A DNA stretch of 64,000 nucleotides from positions 71,610,001-71,674,000 of the forward strand of contig OX597817.1 in the NCBI GenBank assembly GCA_951406725.2, in the 5' to 3' direction. The first letter of the stretch is position 1. Each line of letters begins with the position of its first letter. Of this stretch, positions 56,289 to 64,000 are shown one piece after another. Position numbers and translations under genes: made by a program. Below the pieces are notes generated by a model. The model was given only the letters and a program-made list of their open reading frames with translations. It did no database searches and had not been told where the DNA came from. Source of the DNA: Octopus vulgaris (taxonomy: Eukaryota).

Positions 56289-57590
56289 TTATATAGTGTT
56301 ATCATAATAGTTTTGGGCATTTATGTTATTTGGGTTATTTTTACAGTGTTCTGGGTATAGGTTTTTAATTATTTGCTTATAACCTGTTTTTTCTAATGCG
56401 TTGTTGTAGAATTCTTTATACTTATTAAAGATATCTTCGTTGGAAGAGCGGTGTGAAATTCCTTTGCTGATGCTTTGTACTAGTCTTCTTTTAATAAAGT
56501 TAGGATGGTTACTACGTGCGTTTATATATTTAAGGTTTGAATTTGGCTTCATGTAGAGTTCATGTAGTCCCGTGGTTAGGTTGCAATTTGCGCCGAAGCA
56601 GTTTATAGAATTATGTTCTTTTTTCTATTGTAATAGTTAAGCCAAAACGTTTACTTTCTAAAGTAATTCTAATCTCCTATTTGAGATGTATTTCAGGATA
56701 AATAGTGCGTCGTCTCTGTAGAGGACACCCCTGATCTCTGGGAATTGTTCCTGTAAATGTGATAATAAGTAAATGCCTACTAAGTCAGTTATCTCTGCTG
56801 AATCAGGGGCTCCCATGGGAATATCAAAGTTGTTAGGGGTATCTTTCCTTACCCATAGTTTTTTATCGAAATTTATTGTGGATTTTCTCGCTTCTAAGAG
56901 TACTTAATTTCATTCATTTTTAGTTCAGTATGATTATTCGCGAAAAATTAGAGCGATATTTAAGATCGTAGGGTTAATAGATAAGCAGTAATCCTCTATG
57001 TCTCTCTGTAGGAACTTATTGTTCTGTATATAGGAGAACCAGTTAAGGGCTTCGTAGGTGTTGGACCATAGTTCTAGGGCTATTTTATTTTTTATCTTAG
57101 GGATATATTTATCTAATATCAATTTACTTGATTTACATAGATCCGATTTATGGAGGCATATTAGTGTAACTTTTGTATCTGTTAAGCAATTTGGTTTATG
57201 GTCTCTAATTGTTATGCGGAGTCTGGAAGGTGCGAAGGGTTCAGTTTTCATCTATATTGTAGTTGGTCATAATCTTCAAAGATCTTAAGGTGTTATTGGG
57301 TGCTATTTCGTATTTTTTTGTTATTTCTTTATGCCACAGCTGGTGGTATAAATAAATTATCCAAGATATTAGTTCCTAGTTTCATCGGAGTGTACAATAA
57401 TTCTCTTTTGCAATTTCAGTTTGTATAGTAGGTCCTTTAGGTTTCTTTGTTAGGTATTATTCCTTAATGGGTGTAGTTTAAAATTTAGCTTCTTAATAGC
57501 ATCCAATAGTTCGTTCTCAAAGGCGTCCAAGTGACTGTTTGGTGGGAATGTTTTCCTAGTTTTGAAAAGTCCTTTGGTAAAATCTTTGCT
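56289..57590 (-). pseudogene. PLE reverse transcriptase (frameshifted)
   Basis: LDAFENELL; ITIRDHKPN; MGAPDSAE (~56793-56816); YRDD (56709-56720); KPNSNLKYINARSNHP. Confidence 0.9.
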
Positions 57591-58121
57591 GTTGTGGTGA
57601 TGCGTCGTCTCCTATTTTACAGGTTATTAACGGATCTGCTTAAACTTTTATTATCTCCCCTTACCCATCCAACTTACCACTTAGCACTACTTAACCTCAC
57701 TCCACATTATAAACTAAATACCGAACTATATACTTATTCTACGTAGTTCGTTAGGGCACTATTTCCTATAGTTTAATTTCACTTGATAGCTAGGCTACCG
57801 ACTCATATTACACGCTATATTTTCCCTATTGATTTTAATGTTTTTCTATGTACTCTTCAACCCTCTCTATTATTCCTTTACTTAGTCCATTGTACACACT
57901 TTATCGTACAAACTTTAAATAAGAGCCTTACCTTCGAAACGCGGAGTAGATGAAACAGGGACAACTGTTTTTATTCTTTATGTTGTATGTCTCGTTTCTC
58001 TGTTTTTGTTTTTATGTTTTCGTTTCTCATTATGTTCAACGTTTTTTTAATGTCCTGTACCAATATATGCATGTATATATGCATATATATGTAGGTAAGT
58101 ACATATATGTATATATGTATA

Positions 58122-58180
<59 letters not shown>

Positions 58181-58182
<2 letters not shown>

Positions 58183-58317
58183 GACGGGCTTCCTTCATTT
58201 TCCGTCTACCAAATGATCCATCCACAAGGCTTTGTTCGGCCTGAGGCTATTTTAGACGACACCGTGCCCTTAGTGGAACTGAACTGGGAGCCATGTGGTA
58301 GGGAAGAAAACTTCTTA

Positions 58318-58320
<3 letters not shown>
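58181..58320 (-). mobile_element. SINE family A head fragment
   Basis: Family A match. Confidence 0.65.
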
Positions 58321-58361
<41 letters not shown>

Positions 58362-59011
58362 CTTATTCCTTATGGACATTCATTCTTCAAAGACTGCTGA
58401 ACAATTAATGTTCATAAAGAAACGCAAGTGTGCACTTTAGCGCACATTCGCATCTCCAGTCTCAGATCACTATATATAGTTTGTTACATCGACAATTAAC
58501 AAATTTTCTTATAGGATCATTCTACAGTTATTCTTTCTTCTTATGGATGAGTATTCGTTATATATCACTATTTTCATATTCAGAACTATTGTATTCTCTT
58601 TTCGGATTGTATTGTGTAAATGTTTTAGCGACTACATCAATCTTTATAAGTAGATAATGTTGTGACAATATTTTCTGACAGCTGCCTATTATGTCGATCA
58701 TGTCTCAGGTATTAATTCCACAGTATGTATCAGCTGTCAAATCTAGGTGTTTTACATAACTAGCTATCTATCTTTTGTGGCAGGTATTTGGTTGTTATTT
58801 CCTGTTCTTGGATTACAAAAATACGTCCTTCAAGGTGAGGGTAAGTATAACCGTTGCTATCTGTGTTCCTAAGACCGAAAATTTACGTGAACATAGCAAC
58901 ACATGACCTTATTTTAAGCAAATAGTTTTTTGATATTCTGACGTTCTGTTGCGGTTGAGCTGTGAATCTGCTTTGCGTGGGTATGTATCAATGTCATATC
59001 ACACACACACA

Positions 59012-59081
<70 letters not shown>

Positions 59082-59782
59082 CACACACACACGTGCACAT
59101 ACGCACACACACCAAGCACACGTACACACATGTGTCTACGTGTTAGTGTACGCGTATCTATAACTTAAGTCTTTCTTTTAGGCGCAATTCGATTCCTTAC
59201 ACACGCGTGCATACGCAAACACATACAGCTACACACACGCACATACGCATGTGTGTAAATACCGTATTTACCTGTGTATACGCTGCACTCCTAACTTAGT
59301 GTCAAATCTTGGTACAATATTTTTTCCCTTCATATTTAAATATGATATCAGTTTTGTCCCGTATATAGGACACGCCTGATTTTTTTTTCAATGAAAATCA
59401 ATTATTAAAGAGTACGATTTATACACGATAAAAACGGAGAAAAAGAACTTTTACTTAGTGTAAAAGTTGATTTTTAAACAACCAGTGAAATAACGAACCA
59501 ACGAGGAAAAGCTCGTATGAAGTCACTCAATAAGCTACAGACAGCAGTTACACATCTGACTGCATTGCTTCGTAAGAATGATACATCAGACAATATTGGG
59601 CAGAATGCAGACTGCTTGAAATGCATTCTGAAACAGGAAAGGAAAGCATTGGAGACTTTGAATATAGATCTGCTCAGCCAATATCAATCTGGGGTTAAGT
59701 AACAGAAACAAAATCAACAAAAATACATTTTTGAGAGCATCAATGACTAAAAATACAAAACGTATAAACACTCGGAAAGGCG

Positions 59783-59784
<2 letters not shown>

Positions 59785-59814
<30 letters not shown>

Positions 59815-59892
59815 TGTATGTATGTATGTATGTATGTATGTATGTATGTATGTATGTATGTATGCCTGTATGTATGTTTGTATCTTTCTGTT

Positions 59893-59977
<85 letters not shown>

Positions 59978-60020
59978 GTCTGTCTGTCTGTCTATCTGTC
60001 TGTATGTCTCTATCTGAAGA

Positions 60021-60092
<72 letters not shown>

Positions 60093-60132
60093 AATCTATC
60101 TATCTATCTGTCTGTCTGTCTGTCTGTCTGTC
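59785..60132. repeat. Compound (TATG)n/(TCTG)n/(TCTA)n microsatellite
   Basis: Direct reading of the sequence. Confidence 0.9.
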
Positions 60133-60667
60133 TAAGCCCGTCAACCTGTCAGAATATTTGACATCTCCGATATCTTATTTTAAATCAACAATAGGTAGCT
60201 TGTCAATAAAATATGGTTAATTTTGATTTGTTGATGCAACAAAAAGAAATGCGATGTCTGATTTTCGTGACATGAATAACGAAAAACACTGGAGCATGTG
60301 AGAGGATTGGACAAAAGAGAGATGGAGAAATAAAGAGAGGAGGAGAAGAAAGATAGGGAGACTCTGAAAACACTTACTCTCGCTAACCCCTTTCTCACTC
60401 GCGCTGTGAATACGTTCATGCACACGCACCAACTTACACACACACATAAATACACACACACACACGCACACACACATATATATATGCCTTAAGAAGTCAA
60501 TGAGCACAAAAAGTATACAATACAGGACCAGCTTTATCAAATGTTTGTATTAGTTTAACACTTAAGAAGAAATAAGTTTTGACATTCTGGACAGTAGTCC
60601 CTCTTAATGAAGAAAAAAGATAAAAGAAAATGTGGTTTCAAAAATGAATGAGAACATGTTTGATTGA

Positions 60668-60720
<53 letters not shown>

Positions 60721-61853
60721 TATAAATATATATACATATATATACATACATACACATATATATACATGTTTATATATATGCCATGTGTGTGTGTGTGTGT
60801 GTGTGTGCATGTGCGTGTGTAATTGGTGGTATGATATACGTATGGTTTCTTGAGTGTATGTGTAGATGTAAGTGTGCATGTATAGAAATTCAGTGGCGTA
60901 TGATTCAAGATGAGGCCCTAGGTTGTGTGAAAGAATTTTGTTAAAATATGTTAAACAAAAAGTATTACCTGTATAACCAGGAGAATGAAGGAAGCATGTT
61001 GCTTTAGTCAAAATTGTTTATTAGCTATATGTTTTTTTTGTTTTTCTTTTATCTCGAACTCAATGTGGTTCCTTTTGGAGGAAATACCGTTCTAGCTGAT
61101 GAATGTAATAGATAGTTGCCTGAAGAAACTATCACTTGAGAGTTGCTACTGCTCTTCGTAATTGAAGCGGCAGTTTACATTGTTCAAATCCTTAACAACT
61201 ATAGACTGCAAAGCATTTCTAATGAGGATCAGTGTTTGGTTGTACTCAGTAGTGGTAAGCTACAGGTGTGAGGTTTTGACTCCTGTTGTGTTTGATACTG
61301 GATATGTCTCATATTATGCTTTCCTGTTTGTTATGCCAAACCGCTCAGAAGAAAATAGTGAACAGGCATTGAAAATGAAAGCGGCTCCTCAACTTGCATG
61401 AAGAATACAAAACAGCATACACTTTCAAAGTACCCTTCCTGTATGTTTCATTTTCCAGCAGTAATCATTTCCGCGCAAGCTAATGTGGTGTGTTGCAAGA
61501 GCATGTTAAGATACATTTTTTGAGGGCATAGAAAGAAGTTACACTATAGATATTGCGCAGGAGCTGCATCACATTATTTAAACTCCACATTTAGAAGTCA
61601 TGTCTTCAAAAAGTTAGTATGTGATTTCTAATATTAGAAATATTATATTTTCTATTGTTTCACACTTAAATTGGTAAATATTGATATCTACTTAAAACAT
61701 TCTATCAGCATATATAGCGACACACGACTCGTTTAAATGTCCTGTAGGCGAAAAGTTAGTGTGTGGTGGTTTCAAATAATGGAAGACAGAAAATAATGTA
61801 TTCGTTAAATGTCTCACATTTACATTCGAAATATTAATATAAAATCATGTTAA

Positions 61854-62300
61854 GGTGGTGAGCCGACTGAATCATTAGCACGCCGGGCAAAATGCTTATC
61901 AGCATTTCGTCCGTCTTTATATACTGAGTTAAAATCCGCCGAGATCGATTATACCTTTCATCCTTTCGGGGTCGATAATGAAAGTACCAGTTGATCACTG
62001 GAAGTTGATGTAATTGACTTACCCCTTTCTCTAAATTGCTGGCCTTGTGCCAAAGTTTGAAAGCAATATTAAATCATGTCTAGTTAAAGAGATCTATCAA
62101 TATACATAAAAAAAATTCATTCAAAAGATCACGAAACGGCCAGCTGCTAGAGTCGTTAGAGCGATGGACAAAATGCTTAGAGGTTGAAATCCTCTGAAAC
62201 TGGCCTTTCATCTTTCCTGGGTCGATGGTTTGGCACTGGGGTTGATGCAATCAACTTGTCCTCCCACCAAAGTTGCTGGTTTTGTGCCAAAATTTGACGC
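61854..62300 (+). mobile_element. Two SINE family B copies
   Basis: 61854-62070 and a more diverged copy at 62140-62300. Confidence 0.75.
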
Positions 62301-63879
62301 CAATTAAAAGATCATATCATTGAAAACTTAATGTGCAATTTCCAATATTTTGAACGGTAGAAATTAGTTTGTTTCGCGTTTAAAATTGTTTATATTCTTA
62401 AAATACTGTGCTATTAAACTCTAATACAGTTAAAATTTATAATACTGTTAAAATTTATAAAATTTGCAATACTTTCGAGCATGTTTAAAAGTTAACAGTT
62501 CGACTTCTAACTCATAAAACATGAATAATTTAGAAATATAACTTTAGAAATGAAACAAAAAAAAACAAAAAAAACGAAAGAACTATTTTCTATGATCCAT
62601 AATATTTAAAATGACGTACTAATATTTAAGTGTGGTATTTTAATGATGGCAGCGTTCCAAAATATGTACTACGTGTATGCGTATGTGCGCGATATGTATC
62701 TATGAATGCGTATGTATATATACGAACGGGTGCTGAAAAGTTTGTAGCGAGAACAAGTTGTGTTGTTGCATTAAAAGATCATTAAGTTTTGTTTATATAT
62801 GTAGCGATCGTGTAATTGGTGGCTCACCACACCAATTTGTTGTGATTAGCTAAAACATGAGTTTTTGGTTAATTATTGAGCTCTGTGTCATGTGATCAGT
62901 TAAATGTTGCGCAGTAATTGCATTGAAAGTCCAATTACGTTTCGCGTGTATCATATTTTAAGCGACAATTTCTATATGTGTTATGGATCCCACTGTTCCC
63001 TTTAAATTGGTTCGACAATCATTTCACCCTGAGAGAGGTGAGAGCTGTCACAGAGACGAGTTGCAGGAACCAACCGTCCAGAGAAGAATCGACACACAAA
63101 GAAGTCATTTAACCAATGATGGATAAGCTTAATTACCATTATGATAGAGAAATGACAAACCTACAGAACTTAATGCTTTCATTGTGTCCGGACTATTGTG
63201 CACATATTACGAAGGAATAAAGACTCAATGTTTATTTTCAAGACTGCTTCTCTTATTCATTCATATTCATCGAACCCGTAACAAAATATTGTTCCACTGC
63301 AATATTTAGTTTATATCTTCAGTTTCGTTCCATAGTTAATAATATTTCGTTTATATCTTCGATTTCGTTCCATAGTTAATAATTTGTTTAAAGCATTTGA
63401 TATATACATTATTATTTCTTTTAACACATTTTTAATAATTGTAATGATTGAGAAGTCTGTGTAGAACTCTCTAGAGAGCTTCCCGCCTTGACGTAAAGAT
63501 AAAATGAGAAGATAATATCTTTCAAGTTAGAATAGGTGACAAGTGTATAATAAAGAATGATGTTCTCCCAAGCGAGATACTTTTTGGAACGAGGTATTCT
63601 AAAAAGTATAGCATCTTCAGAACTAACTATGTGGGTTTTATACCATCTTCAGAACTATGTGGGCTTTATACTATCTCCAGAATCAAATGCTCGAGAAAAA
63701 AACAACATTTTACAAGAAATCAGGTATTTCTTGATTTTTATTATTTTCCATTAAGCTTATAATTTTTACTGAAGCTGGAATTTCCACGCTACACCAGCAA
63801 CAATTGCTGCAGTTGCTGCTGCTGTTACCACTACTACTGCAACTGCTTTGGTAATCAACTACTACATATATTAAATATG

Positions 63880-63922
<43 letters not shown>

Positions 63923-64000
63923 ATATTTGTACATATATACATCTATATGCATATATAATTATATATATGACTATATATCATATAAATGAATAATGCATAT

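Larger units (their letters stand above)
54245..57928 (-). mobile_element. Penelope-like element (Naiad/Neptune type), 5'-truncated, with an inverted pseudo-LTR
   Basis: RT motifs NFDIPMGAPDSAEITDLVGIYLL and GVLYRDDAL; C-terminal GIY-YIG; 57611-57928 is the reverse complement of 54738-55055; HHR at the 3' end. Confidence 0.9.

Noticed and set aside
61090-61140. CTGATGA followed by a hairpin
   Set aside because: No correctly placed GAAA/helix III/UH. The same applies to CTGATGA at ~14376 and ~44391.

Overview
AT-rich, repeat-saturated eukaryotic DNA, most likely intronic or intergenic sequence from an octopus/cephalopod genome. That assignment is inferred from the dense (TA)n/(CA)n/(TATG)n/(TAA)n microsatellites and the tRNA-derived SINE families. 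No intact host gene is evident. There is one plausible minus-strand exon (12725-12851), and almost all ORF-track entries are microsatellite artefacts. The window holds many SINE copies of at least three families, decayed RTE, R4/Dong-type and HERO-like LINEs, and two Lep1-like Helitron-type elements. It also holds DD37D (maT) and mariner DNA transposons and Penelope-like elements (PLEs), including a ~3.7 kb Naiad/Neptune-type copy with an inverted pseudo-LTR. The most notable signal is a set of about ten complete, degenerate or half hammerhead-ribozyme (HHR) motifs of the minimal type I form: CUGANGA ... GAAA + palindromic helix III + GUH. They belong to several sequence families. Several sit in fold-back (inverted-repeat) cassettes embedded in (TA)n, and two of these carry an HHR on both strands. 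All calls were made by eye, so coordinates of repeat edges are approximate and ribozyme activity is untested.
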